From Maribacter algarum (ex Lu et al. 2025) (nom. illeg.) (GTDB lineage: Bacteria > Bacteroidota > Bacteroidia > Flavobacteriales > Flavobacteriaceae): a DNA stretch of 64,000 nt. The notes beneath the pieces are model-generated. The model was not told the DNA's origin. It ran no database searches and saw only the letters and a program-made list of their open reading frames with translations. Both the position numbers and the translations under genes were made by a program. The stretch lies in the NCBI GenBank assembly GCA_947495915.1, contig CANMAW010000006.1, positions 170,882-234,881 on the forward strand. Reading direction: 5' to 3'. Positions 49,323 through 59,260 of this stretch are shown here, piece by piece; position 1 is the stretch's first letter, and each line of letters opens with the position of its first letter.

Positions 49323-49784
49323 TTAAATTCGAGGGTAAAAAGGGCCCAATCGTTGTTGATATTTACGTTGAAAATATATAAAGTAGTTATACAGTTTGTA
49401 ATTTACCTCATAGCCGTAATCAATACCTTGCCGATAATCAATTTGAAGTTCATAAAGATTTGGATCGAATTGCGAAGGTTGTAAAACACGATTATTCCAT
49501 GCGTTTACCATTATTAAATTGCGATTTTCTAAAAAAGCTTGTGAATAAAACCCTTGAGGTCTTGCAATACTTTGTAACCAGGTGTTAAAACCAGGTTCAA
49601 TAATAATAATTTCATAGTCTACAGCTTCATTAGCAATATGTATAGTGTCGCCTTCTGATTGTTGAAAAACAGCTTTTTCTTCAGAGGTCATATCATTGGT
49701 TTCTACTACGTTTTTTGTATTACCACAACTTACGACAAAAGCAAGGGTAACTAGTGAACCAATTATAAGTGCAAACTTTTTCAT
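49323..49784 (-). CDS. Hypothetical lipoprotein
   Basis: Preferred start MKKFALIIGSLVTLAFVVSCGN (ATG at 49784, lipobox). No family recognised with confidence. Confidence 0.45.
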   Translation of the reverse strand: MKKFALIIGSLVTLAFVVSCGNTKNVVETNDMTSEEKAVFQQSEGDTIHIANEAVDYEIIIIEPGFNTWLQSIARPQGFYSQAFLENRNLIMVNAWNNRVLQPSQFDPNLYELQIDYRQGIDYGYEVNYKLYNYFIYFQRKYQQRLGPFYPRI

Positions 49785-49855
49785 AACAGTTTTAAGATAC
49801 AAAAAAACCGCTGACCTAACTGCCAACGGTTTAATAAAGAATTAAGCTTCAGTTC

Positions 49856-50491
49856 TTATTTACCGAAAAGGCCACCTAATAATCCGCCAATTCCACCTTT
49901 TTTTCCACCTAATGCCATTGAAGCAACATCATCTAAAATACTTCCATCTCCATCTGAATCAAGAAAGGATTCAATTAATGATTGTTGTTGGTTACCAGCT
50001 TGGCCTCCACCCATCAATCCTCCTAAAAGGTCACCAATTCCATTAGAATCGGTTACATTATTTTGTTTTGTTTGTTTACCCAAATATCCCATTAATAGAG
50101 GAGCGGCAACTTTAAGAATAGTGCTAATAGTACCCGTATCCATACCTGATTTTGAACTCAATGCATTTTCTACCTGAGGTTGTTTGCTACCTAGTACGTG
50201 ACCAAGAATTCCTGCGCCATCATCCATTACTGATTGATCAACACCACCACCAAATAAACCGCTAAGGTTATCTAAGATTCCACCATCATGTTTACCACTT
50301 GACAAGGCATTCATTAACCCTTGAGCTCCTTCTGGTGTTGCGGCATTTTTTTTCATGGCTCCCATTAATACTGGTAGTGCCATGCTCAATACGCTTCCAG
50401 TTTGATCGGTAGACTGACCTGTTTGACCAGCAACTCCGCTTATTAATTGTTTACCCATTGGGCTACTTAGTAAATCTAATAATCCTGACAT
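49856..50491 (-). CDS. DUF937 domain protein (glycine-rich)
   Basis: MSGLLDLLSSPMGKQLISGVAGQTG start and a repeated G-rich LGGLxGG pattern, as in DUF937. Confidence 0.6.
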   Translation of the reverse strand: MSGLLDLLSSPMGKQLISGVAGQTGQSTDQTGSVLSMALPVLMGAMKKNAATPEGAQGLMNALSSGKHDGGILDNLSGLFGGGVDQSVMDDGAGILGHVLGSKQPQVENALSSKSGMDTGTISTILKVAAPLLMGYLGKQTKQNNVTDSNGIGDLLGGLMGGGQAGNQQQSLIESFLDSDGDGSILDDVASMALGGKKGGIGGLLGGLFGK

Positions 50492-50564
50492 TTTTAATTA
50501 GTGTTTTAAATGAATGCGTAATGTACAAAAAAGCTTTAAATGCGTTTTAATGTACCCGTTGAAA

Positions 50565-51515
50565 TTATTTCAACAACGCTATGATTTGATTAGCAAGTTC
50601 TATGCCAATTCTGTCTTGAGCTTCACCCGTTGCTGCCCCAATGTGTGGAGTTAATGAAATATTTGGGTGCATTAGTATTTTTATCTCAGGATTAGGTTCT
50701 GATTCAAAAACATCAAGACCAGCAAAAGATAGTTTTCCATTTTCTAATGCTTCAATTAAAGCAACTTCATCAACAACACCACCACGAGCTGCATTGATAA
50801 TTGCTGCGCCATTTTTCATGTTAGCGAATTCTTCTTTACCAATAACATATTGCTGCTGTGCTGGCACGTGAACTGTTACAAAATCAGATTGTTCTAAAAG
50901 GGTATTTTTTGCAATTGAATTAAATTCAAAACTAACAGATTGACCATCAAAAAATGGCACTTTTATCGTTGCCTTTTCCATAAATGGATCTGAATAAATA
51001 ACCCGCATACCAACACCTAAAGCGATTTTTGCTGTTGCTTGGCCAATTCTTCCAAAACCAATAATCCCCAATGTTTTACCTCTTAATTCGGTTCCTTTGG
51101 CGTATGATTTTTTTAAGTCTTTAAATTTACTATCTCCATCAAGCGGCATATTTCGATTGGCATCATAAAGAAAACGAACGCCACCAAAAAGGTGTGCAAA
51201 TACAAGTTCAGCTACAGATTCTGAAGAAGCAGCTGGAGTATTTATAACATGTAAACCTTTTTCTTTAGCGTAGGCTACATCAATATTATCCATACCGACA
51301 CCCCCACGACCAATGAGTTTTAAGCTTTTGCAACCATCTATTATATCTTTTCTAATCTTAGTTGCACTTCGCACTAAAATGCCAACAATGTTATTTTCAT
51401 TAATGAAATTTATTAACTGTTCTTGGGCTACTTTAGTTGTGAGAACTTCAAAACCTGCCTTTTGTAATTCTTGAACACCTAATGCTGAAATTCCGTCGTT
51501 TGCTAAAATTTTCAT
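50565..51515 (-). CDS. serA: D-3-phosphoglycerate dehydrogenase (D-isomer 2-hydroxyacid dehydrogenase family)
   Basis: NAD fold GIIGFGRIGQ; catalytic R/E/H context (NAARGGVVDE, TPHIGA). Lies 3 nt downstream of serC. Confidence 0.8.
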   Translation of the reverse strand: MKILANDGISALGVQELQKAGFEVLTTKVAQEQLINFINENNIVGILVRSATKIRKDIIDGCKSLKLIGRGGVGMDNIDVAYAKEKGLHVINTPAASSESVAELVFAHLFGGVRFLYDANRNMPLDGDSKFKDLKKSYAKGTELRGKTLGIIGFGRIGQATAKIALGVGMRVIYSDPFMEKATIKVPFFDGQSVSFEFNSIAKNTLLEQSDFVTVHVPAQQQYVIGKEEFANMKNGAAIINAARGGVVDEVALIEALENGKLSFAGLDVFESEPNPEIKILMHPNISLTPHIGAATGEAQDRIGIELANQIIALLK

Positions 51516-51518
51516 TTT

Positions 51519-52583
51519 TTATCCTTTTCTTTCCATTTCACTCATAACGTCAACCAAAACACCAACACTTTCTAAAGATAAAGCATTATACATTGAAGCT
51601 CTATAACCACCAACAGAGCGATGCCCGTTTAAGCCATTAATACCAGCTTCTTTTAACATAGCATCAAAATTATCTTTTAACCTGTCATCAGCAAGATTAA
51701 AAGTTGCATTCATATTAGAACGATCTTCTTTATTCGCATAGCCATCAAACACAGGACTCAAATCAATTTCTGAATAAAGTAGTCTAGCTTTCTTTTCGTT
51801 AATTTCCTCAATAGCAGCAATACCACCTAAGTCTTTTAACCACTGTAGGGTAAGCATTGAAACATACACCGGAAAAACAGCTGGTGTATTAAACATACTA
51901 TCTTTTGAGATATGAACTTTATAATCTAACATTGAAGGAATTTGGCGTGAAACTTTTCCTAAAACATCTTCTTTGACAACAACCAAAGTAGTTCCTGCCG
52001 GGCCCATATTTTTCTGAGCTCCTGCATAAATTAAATCAAATTGAGAAAAATCAAGTTGTCTAGAAAAAATATCAGAACTCATATCACATACCAAGGGTGC
52101 ATCAACCGTTGGAAATTTCTTGATTTGAGTACCAAAAATGGTATTATTAGAAGTTAAATGAAGATAATCTAAACCTGTAGGTATAGTATATCCTTTAGGA
52201 ATGTATTTAAAATTCTCGTCTTTTGAAGAGCCCACTTCAACGACCTCTCCAAAATATTTAGCTTCTTTAATTGATTTATCACTCCAAGTACCTGTATTCA
52301 AATACCCAGCTTTGTTTTCTAGTAGGTTATAGGCAACCATTAAAAATTCCATACTTGCGCCACCTTGTAAAAACAATGCTTTATACCCTTTACCTTCAAG
52401 GCCTAAAAGTTCTAGAGCTAAAGAACGAGCAGTTTCCATTACTTCAACAAAGTCTTTACTACGATGCGATATTTCAATTAAAGACAAACCAGATCCGTTA
52501 AAGTCCATAACGGCCTCTGAGGCTTTAAGTAATACTTCTTGAGGTAAAATACATGGTCCGGCGCTAAAATTATGTTTTTTCAT
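51519..52583 (-). CDS. serC: Phosphoserine aminotransferase
   Basis: FSAGPCILPQEVL start, the GAQKNMGPAG lysine motif and a GGYRASMYNA C-terminus. Confidence 0.9.
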   Translation of the reverse strand: MKKHNFSAGPCILPQEVLLKASEAVMDFNGSGLSLIEISHRSKDFVEVMETARSLALELLGLEGKGYKALFLQGGASMEFLMVAYNLLENKAGYLNTGTWSDKSIKEAKYFGEVVEVGSSKDENFKYIPKGYTIPTGLDYLHLTSNNTIFGTQIKKFPTVDAPLVCDMSSDIFSRQLDFSQFDLIYAGAQKNMGPAGTTLVVVKEDVLGKVSRQIPSMLDYKVHISKDSMFNTPAVFPVYVSMLTLQWLKDLGGIAAIEEINEKKARLLYSEIDLSPVFDGYANKEDRSNMNATFNLADDRLKDNFDAMLKEAGINGLNGHRSVGGYRASMYNALSLESVGVLVDVMSEMERKG

Positions 52584-52670
52584 GTTTAATTGAGTTTAAG
52601 GTCTTGAGTGTGATTCATTAAGCGAACAAAGGTCTTAAAATTATAGTGAACAATTGTAATGTTTTTTGTT

Positions 52671-53720
52671 CTAAATAGTAACTGTTTTTATCAAAAAGTC
52701 AATGGTGTTAATGCCATCAGCGTAATCCTCTAATTCTGGGCTTTGAGTTTTACCGAAGGGAATATGATTGCTTTGCCTATCATTTGATACCACACATTGA
52801 ATTTTGTCTTGGTCTTCATTTATCTTTTTTAAAAGCGAATCATAGGTTTCATAGAACTCAAAAAATACCGACGCAATAGGAGATGCGTAGCTGTTATCTT
52901 CTTTGAGCATTAAAAACCCATTTTCTAGTATTTTAAACTCACTCATAAGATAAACCGCCTTGTTATAATCATAATTATTGGCATATTTCGCTTTGTTTAT
53001 GATTGCATTAAATTCGTAAATGGCTTTAAAGAACTGATCAAAATCATAACCTTTGGGTATAAATAGCTTAGAAACACTACGACAACCTAATCCATAATAC
53101 CTAAAAATATCGGCGCCTAAAGCAGTTAATTCTTCCGAGCTTTCGGAACCAGTAAGTATGGCAACCGAGTTTCTGTTTTTTCGTATTATATGTGGTTTTT
53201 TGCCAAAATAATGTTCAAAATAACGCGCAGTATTATTACTACCTGTGGCTATAACCGCATCAAAATTTTCGAGTTTTTCTTCGGTAATTGTAATGCAGTC
53301 TTTTAGGGTTGGCTCTACATCAACTAAAAACTTAACAAGTAATGGAAGTAAAATCTTATCATTACTAGAAAGTTTAGCAATTACACTATTACCAGAAATT
53401 AACACTGATAGAAAATCATGAAATCCTACTAGGGGAATATTACCCGCCATTATGATCGCAACTGATTTCTGTTTATTCTTTCTAAAATCATAGGGTTCAA
53501 GCCAGTTCAACAGTTTATTTTCAGAGAGTAGTTGCGCCCAACCATTAAGAGCGAAAAGAATGTTATCTTCTGTAAACCAACCATTATGATGCTCAGCAAT
53601 TCGAATGGCGTCTGTAAATGTTTGCGTCCATTTGTTATTTACTGGCTTAATATCACAATATTCGCGAAGAAAGTTGCCAAGTTTAACAAAAGCAATAAAT
53701 GTTTTGCGAAGGTCGTTCAT
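52671..53720 (-). CDS. Acyl-CoA reductase (LuxC-like) family protein
   Basis: 349 aa. Pattern IMAGNIPLVGFHD ... LGCRSVSK recalls LuxC-type acyl-CoA reductases of Flavobacteria. This is from memory. Confidence 0.5.
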   Translation of the reverse strand: MNDLRKTFIAFVKLGNFLREYCDIKPVNNKWTQTFTDAIRIAEHHNGWFTEDNILFALNGWAQLLSENKLLNWLEPYDFRKNKQKSVAIIMAGNIPLVGFHDFLSVLISGNSVIAKLSSNDKILLPLLVKFLVDVEPTLKDCITITEEKLENFDAVIATGSNNTARYFEHYFGKKPHIIRKNRNSVAILTGSESSEELTALGADIFRYYGLGCRSVSKLFIPKGYDFDQFFKAIYEFNAIINKAKYANNYDYNKAVYLMSEFKILENGFLMLKEDNSYASPIASVFFEFYETYDSLLKKINEDQDKIQCVVSNDRQSNHIPFGKTQSPELEDYADGINTIDFLIKTVTI

Positions 53721-53747
53721 ATATTTGTAGAAAATTGCGTTACCGTT

Positions 53748-53765
53748 TACCTTTGCGCAAAAGTA
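53748..53765. promoter_or_regulatory. Imperfect 18 bp palindrome TACCTTTGCGCAAAAGTA made of two opposed -7 boxes (TACCTTTG on +, TACTTTTG on -)
   Basis: Read directly. It lies in the 65 bp divergent region between the acyl-CoA reductase and ferredoxin genes. An additional TATATTTG/TTTG sits at 53720..53727, 20 nt upstream of the plus-strand box. Confidence 0.5.
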
Positions 53766-53785
53766 AGCATTAGATAAAGAAAATT

Positions 53786-54139
53786 ATGGCAATAATAATA
53801 ACAGATGAATGTATAAATTGTGGGGCCTGTGAACCAGAATGTCCAAACACGGCAATTTACGAAGGAGCAGATGAATGGCGTTATAGCGATGGTACCTCTT
53901 TAAAAGGCGATGTCGTTTTACCTGATGGTAAAGCAGTAAATGCTGATGAAGTTCAAGAACCAATCAGTGATGAAATTTATTATATTTCTCCTGATAAATG
54001 TACGGAATGCATGGGCTTTCATGAAGAACCGCAATGTGCAGCAGTATGTCCTGTAGACTGTTGTGTACCTGATGAAGATCATGTAGAAAGTGAAGAAGTT
54101 CTTTTAGGAAAACAAGCCTTCATGCATCCGGAAGATTAA
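53786..54139 (+). CDS. 4Fe-4S dicluster ferredoxin
   Basis: [12 protein letters not shown] and CTECMG...[10 protein letters not shown] cysteine clusters. Confidence 0.85.
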   Translation: MAIIITDECINCGACEPECPNTAIYEGADEWRYSDGTSLKGDVVLPDGKAVNADEVQEPISDEIYYISPDKCTECMGFHEEPQCAAVCPVDCCVPDEDHVESEEVLLGKQAFMHPED

Positions 54140-54160
54140 TAGTTTATTTAATAAAATTTA

Positions 54161-54190
54161 AAGACCCTAGTATTCACTGGGGTCTTTTTT
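54161..54190. terminator. Rho-independent terminator between convergent ferredoxin and agmatinase-like genes
   Basis: 9 bp stem AGACCCTAG/CTGGGGTCT (one G.U pair), loop TATTCA, then T6. Confidence 0.7.
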
Positions 54191-54191
54191 A

Positions 54192-54962
54192 TTACAACAT
54201 TTTTACAGCTATTTCTTTCAAAAGTTTTGCACTTACCATGGCAGTCATGCCGTTTATATCTCTAGTCGGATTATATTCTACAATATCAGCCGCGAGAATT
54301 GGCACCTTTATATTTTGAATGATTGTAATAATATCTCTAGTTGATAAACCACCGGGTTCATGATGAGAAACACCAGGAGCATAAGCCGGGTCTAAGGCAT
54401 CTATATCTAAAGACAAATACAACGGATTTTTTAATTCTGGTAATTTGTGAATGTTAAAATCTTTCATTTGAATAATTTCTACTCCAAATAATTCTGCCTG
54501 TTCTTTTTGATGTTGTGATAATGTTCGAATACCGATTTGCACCAAACGACTCGCAAATTTATTTTCCATTATTCGTGCAAATGGGCAAGCATGTGAATAT
54601 GGATCTCCTTCAAAATCATTATATAAATCAGCATGAGCATCTATATGCAAAATATCTACCGCGCCATGTTTTTTATAAAGTGCTTTAAGTATAGGGTAAG
54701 TGATGGAGTGATCGCCACCTAATGTGATTAGTGGGTAATCAAAATTTAGATTAGTACTTGTAATTTTTTCAATTTCAAAATAGTCTGCTATTTCATAATC
54801 ACCTTTATCTAACCAAATTTTTGGAGAAATTTCAATACCATTTTCAGCAAAATAATTTGCTGATGCACTATGATAAGCTTTTCTAATTAATGGAGGTGCT
54901 AAACTAGGACCTTTCAAAAAAGAAGATTTTGCATCAAAAACAATTCCTTGCAATGTTATCAT
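54192..54962 (-). CDS. Arginase family hydrolase (agmatinase / formimidoylglutamase-like)
   Basis: Mn-binding motifs GGDHSITY, HIDAHADL and SLDIDALDP. 256 aa. Confidence 0.8.
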   Translation of the reverse strand: MITLQGIVFDAKSSFLKGPSLAPPLIRKAYHSASANYFAENGIEISPKIWLDKGDYEIADYFEIEKITSTNLNFDYPLITLGGDHSITYPILKALYKKHGAVDILHIDAHADLYNDFEGDPYSHACPFARIMENKFASRLVQIGIRTLSQHQKEQAELFGVEIIQMKDFNIHKLPELKNPLYLSLDIDALDPAYAPGVSHHEPGGLSTRDIITIIQNIKVPILAADIVEYNPTRDINGMTAMVSAKLLKEIAVKML

Positions 54963-54976
54963 ATTTCAAATTTATG

Positions 54977-55009
54977 CAAAAAAAAGGCTGTCTAAAGAAT
55001 AGACAGCCT
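54977..55009 (-). terminator. Rho-independent terminator after the STN-TonB receptor gene
   Basis: Perfect 10 bp stem AGGCTGTCTA/TAGACAGCCT with a 5 nt loop, followed on the minus strand by T8. Confidence 0.8.
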
Positions 55010-55033
55010 AAAGTCAAAACGACTAATTCAGAC

Positions 55034-58000
55034 TTAAAATTTATAATTCAACGATAGGTTAAACATGGTTCCTAATTGGCTAAAGTGATACCCATCATAG
55101 GTCATTTGCGAATATCTTTGGTTGAACGTAATTAAATTCGATTGATTTTGAACCTGAGCAGGATCTGCAAGAATTGCATCTCCGGCAGCATTTTCTGATA
55201 CAAAACTCCATTCTGGTAATACATTCAATAAATTGTTAATGTTTAATGCTAGAGTTAACTTATCAGAAGCACTGTAATTAATACCTAAATCAGTTACAAC
55301 TTTAGGTGTAAATTCTGTACTAATATTAAAAATGCCGTTTGCATCGGTACTTAAACCTTGCTGATAAAAGCTAGTCTTACCAAAATAGGTGTTATTTAAT
55401 GAGAAACCGAACTTATTTATTTCATAATTCGCTCCTAATATCCACTTAGTTTTTGGTCTTGAAGTGAAGAATAATGCCTCTTGTGTTTGATTAACTACAG
55501 ATTGACCAGAATTTGCTACTAAGTCAATGTTATTCACTGGTCCGTCTAACTCATTTTGAATCGTGTAGTTACCCGATAAGTTTAAATCTAGACTACCAGC
55601 GCCAAGTTCAATTCCTTTATAAGCTAATACAACATCAACCCCTGAGGTTTTAGTATCAATAGCATTTGAAAAGAAACTAACATCACTTAAGTTGTTATTA
55701 GTTAATAGAACATCTAAAGGGTTTGTTGCATCTCCGCTTGGCCCGATCTCATTTCCTAATACGATTCTATCTTTTACAGCAATGTTATAGTAATCTAAGG
55801 TATAACTGAATTTGTTAGAAATTTTACCACCAACACCGATTGTAAAGTTGGTTGATGTTTCAGCATCTAGTTGAGGAATTCCTAATAATTTAGCTTGTGT
55901 AGAAACATTGTTAATTAAACCACCAACTTGAATACCTTGACCTGGTATAAAACTATACTGAGCCTTTTGAGTATATATCTGGTGCAATGTTGGAGCTCTG
56001 AAGCCTGAAGAAATAGATCCTCTTAATGTTAGCGCATCATTAACTTTGTAACGCGTACTAAATTTATAAACGAAAGCATTACCAAAATCAGAATAGGTTT
56101 CGGTTCTTATAGTACCGCTTAATAAAAAGGCATCAGAAACGTCATAATCTAAACTTAAATAACCACCAATGTTGTAACGGTTAAATTTACCAGAATTCTG
56201 AGGTGAAGCACCTGCAAAAGAATCGGCACCACCACCGTCATAAGACGCTAACTCACCTTCAATAATTTCGAATGTTTCAGTTCTAAACTCAGCACCAACA
56301 CCAATACTCACTTTATCAGAGAGTAATCTTGAGATATCAATGTTACCCACATTATGAGAAAAACGAGTTCCGCCCGGATCAAATGATTGTTGACTATTAG
56401 CACCATATAATTCAGAACCTTCAGAAACCTCTCCATCATCAACAACCCCATTACTATTTGCATCAACCCATGTTGAAGGTGAAAAAACTACATTTCTATT
56501 GTGTGTCTGGTTTACTTTATAAGTTTGTAAGTTTCCACCAGTAGTAAAACTAGCATCAACGTTCCAATCATTAATTGTAGATTTGAATCCTATTGTTGCG
56601 TTATAATCTGTTAGCAAACCTTCGAAAGTGGGAACATATCCATCATAACCACCTGCATTATTTGGGTTGTTACCTGGAAAGAAATCTGCTAAATATGGAA
56701 AATCTTCAACCGTTCTCCAGTAAGGAGTTCTATAGTTTGCAAAACTGTTTACAGACTTGTATACATAGGCTGCATTACCATATAGCTGTGAATTTTCGCT
56801 AATGTCGTATCCCATATTTACAGAAAATTTAGCTGCAGCAGTTTCGGGGGAACCATTGATATTTCCTGCATCTGGTCTTCGTGACAAAAATTCTTGAACA
56901 TCTGCTATATCGGCTCCGAAATCTCCTGCTTCACCAGCAGCATTCACAGTACCAGGTCGATTTGCCAAATTAACTTTAGACATATCAATCGTATAGTTTA
57001 CAAAACCTTTGTCATCTGCAATAGTAGAACCGTTATTTACGGCAACCCCAAACATTTCACCATCACCTTCAGAAGTAATTCCAGTACGTAAAGTCACAGA
57101 ACCATCATTTGGAGAATCTTTAAGAATAATATTCATTACACCGGCAATCGCATCAGAACCATACTGTGCAGATGCTCCATCTCTTAATATTTCAACTCTT
57201 TTAATCGCATCAGTTGGTATTGCAGAAATATCAGCTCCTGTTTCACCACGACCTGGAGAAGTTTGTGTATACAAAAGTGCACTTAAGTTTTTACGCTTTC
57301 CGTTTATCAAGATTAAAGTTCTTGAAGGCCCCATATTTCTGATTTCATAAGGATCTAATAATGATGTCGCATCATTTACCGGTGTTTGAACCGTGTTAAA
57401 AGATGGAATTCGATATTGTAAAGCTTTATCAAAAGTCGCCTGACCAGTTGAAGTTAATTCTTTTACACCAACCACATCAACAGGTAGGGGAGTATCTGTA
57501 TTACTTCGAGGAGCGGTTCTTGAACCTACAACAATAAACTCTTCTAATTGCACACCTTCTGAAAGTTTTACATTTACGGTAGATCGGCCTGCTATTTTTT
57601 CTTCTTTGGTTCCAAAACCAATATAACTAAAAACAAGGGTAGCATTGCTATCAACTGTCATGGTGAAATTTCCATCAAAATCAGTAGATGTTCCATTTGT
57701 GGTACCCTTTTCCACAATATTTACACCTGCTAATGCCATACCATTCTCATCGGTTACTTTACCCGTAACTGAATTTTGTAGAACTGATAGATCTGTTACC
57801 GTTGCAAAACCTAAACTTTTAGAGGCATTTACTTTATTAACAACAACTCTTTTTACTTTTTTAGGATGTACTACATAATATTTATTACCTAAATATTCAT
57901 AGTCAAAGTTAGTTTTGCTCTCTAATTTGTTAATGATTTCACCTAAATTGTTATAGCGATATTCTTCAGGATTTAAATTAGCACCTGATATAACAACAGG

Positions 58001-58168
58001 ATTGTACGTAAAATATACTTCGTGTTCTTTGCTAATATCGCTAAGAAAATCGGCTAGAGCCACCGTTTTAGATACTTTTGAAGCATCCTTAATTTCAGCT
58101 GCATAGGTGCTCATTCCTACAAATAGGAATGCCACTAGCAACATATTTAAAATTCGTTTTACCTTCAT
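55034..58168 (-). CDS. TonB-dependent receptor with N-terminal signalling (STN) and carboxypeptidase-regulatory-like domains
   Basis: 1044 aa. N-terminal region with LADFLSDISKEHEVYFTYN (STN-like), VTGKVTDENGMALAGVNIV (CarbopepD_reg), a plug (DTPLPVDVVGVKEL, ILINGKR) and a barrel ending LSLNYKF. Follows the FecR and ECF sigma genes. Confidence 0.85.
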   Translation of the reverse strand: MKVKRILNMLLVAFLFVGMSTYAAEIKDASKVSKTVALADFLSDISKEHEVYFTYNPVVISGANLNPEEYRYNNLGEIINKLESKTNFDYEYLGNKYYVVHPKKVKRVVVNKVNASKSLGFATVTDLSVLQNSVTGKVTDENGMALAGVNIVEKGTTNGTSTDFDGNFTMTVDSNATLVFSYIGFGTKEEKIAGRSTVNVKLSEGVQLEEFIVVGSRTAPRSNTDTPLPVDVVGVKELTSTGQATFDKALQYRIPSFNTVQTPVNDATSLLDPYEIRNMGPSRTLILINGKRKNLSALLYTQTSPGRGETGADISAIPTDAIKRVEILRDGASAQYGSDAIAGVMNIILKDSPNDGSVTLRTGITSEGDGEMFGVAVNNGSTIADDKGFVNYTIDMSKVNLANRPGTVNAAGEAGDFGADIADVQEFLSRRPDAGNINGSPETAAAKFSVNMGYDISENSQLYGNAAYVYKSVNSFANYRTPYWRTVEDFPYLADFFPGNNPNNAGGYDGYVPTFEGLLTDYNATIGFKSTINDWNVDASFTTGGNLQTYKVNQTHNRNVVFSPSTWVDANSNGVVDDGEVSEGSELYGANSQQSFDPGGTRFSHNVGNIDISRLLSDKVSIGVGAEFRTETFEIIEGELASYDGGGADSFAGASPQNSGKFNRYNIGGYLSLDYDVSDAFLLSGTIRTETYSDFGNAFVYKFSTRYKVNDALTLRGSISSGFRAPTLHQIYTQKAQYSFIPGQGIQVGGLINNVSTQAKLLGIPQLDAETSTNFTIGVGGKISNKFSYTLDYYNIAVKDRIVLGNEIGPSGDATNPLDVLLTNNNLSDVSFFSNAIDTKTSGVDVVLAYKGIELGAGSLDLNLSGNYTIQNELDGPVNNIDLVANSGQSVVNQTQEALFFTSRPKTKWILGANYEINKFGFSLNNTYFGKTSFYQQGLSTDANGIFNISTEFTPKVVTDLGINYSASDKLTLALNINNLLNVLPEWSFVSENAAGDAILADPAQVQNQSNLITFNQRYSQMTYDGYHFSQLGTMFNLSLNYKF

Positions 58169-58179
58169 AATGTTCAGAT

Positions 58180-59193
58180 TTAGTTATTTGAGTTTTTAAA
58201 AAGTATGAGTCTATTGCCCTTTTTGACAATTCGTGTTCCCGTCGATTTTTCAATTGCTGACAAACAAATTTTTAGATTTTGATTGGGTATACCCCCAGTT
58301 AATTGCAATGATTGTAATTCTTCATCTATAAATTCAACTTCTAAACCGTATGATAATTCTACATTTTTCATTACCTCTTTTAAAGAAGTATTGTTGAATA
58401 CGTAAGTACCCTCACGCCATAGTGAATAGGGGAGTTCAGGAGTAACCTTTTGATGAGTAACTACATTTTTTTCTTTAGAAAACGATACCATTTCGCCAGG
58501 AATCATTTCTTTGGTTGCACCATTATTTAAAACTAAATGAATTGAACCTTCGTCTAAAAGCACATCGGTTTTGGCCTCTCTAGTATTGACATGAAATTGC
58601 GTACCGTAAACTTCTACTTTAAGGTCTTGAGTTTTTACCCAAAATTTTGCTTTAGTTGACGGAATAGGCTTTACTTTAAAATACGCTTCCCCTTGTAACT
58701 CGATCGCTCTTGAATTATTTTTATCATATTTAATTTCTGAATTACCATTTAAAACTACAGAAGTGCCATCAGGTAATTTCAAATCTATAATCTCTCCGAA
58801 ACCTGTTTTACGAACCACTTCCGAAGAAGTATTCAACCATATGCCTCCAACCATTGCAAAAATTAACAGAGCAGCTGCGATACTTACATAAGTAGAAATA
58901 CGCGTTTTTCTTTTGGTTTTTAAAGATATTACTGAGGTATTATTTTTTTTATTGATTTGACCAAGTACGGCATCAAGTTCCATGTTTATCTTACCTGCTG
59001 GCAACGAAGTCTTTTTAAAACCTATACCTGTAATAATAGATTTAGCGGTATAAACCGTTTCTATTTTACTTGGGTTTTTGCTAATCCATCCGTCCCAATA
59101 ATCAATATCATTTTGATTACTGCACTTAGCCCAGTTTTGAAAAGAAGAATCATTTAGTAAAATCTCTAGTAGAGATTGGTCTTTTTTACTCAT
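58180..59193 (-). CDS. FecR family anti-sigma factor / transmembrane sensor
   Basis: 337 aa with a single central TM (YVSIAAALLIFAMVGGIW), a FecR domain pattern (GEAYFKV...VYGTQFHV) and a C-terminal DUF4974-like region. Confidence 0.85.
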   Translation of the reverse strand: MSKKDQSLLEILLNDSSFQNWAKCSNQNDIDYWDGWISKNPSKIETVYTAKSIITGIGFKKTSLPAGKINMELDAVLGQINKKNNTSVISLKTKRKTRISTYVSIAAALLIFAMVGGIWLNTSSEVVRKTGFGEIIDLKLPDGTSVVLNGNSEIKYDKNNSRAIELQGEAYFKVKPIPSTKAKFWVKTQDLKVEVYGTQFHVNTREAKTDVLLDEGSIHLVLNNGATKEMIPGEMVSFSKEKNVVTHQKVTPELPYSLWREGTYVFNNTSLKEVMKNVELSYGLEVEFIDEELQSLQLTGGIPNQNLKICLSAIEKSTGTRIVKKGNRLILFKNSNN

Positions 59194-59260
59194 AACTTGA
59201 TGTAACTGTTTATAAAGAGACTTCTAATTAGAAGTTATACCCTATTTTTTTGAAGAAAAT

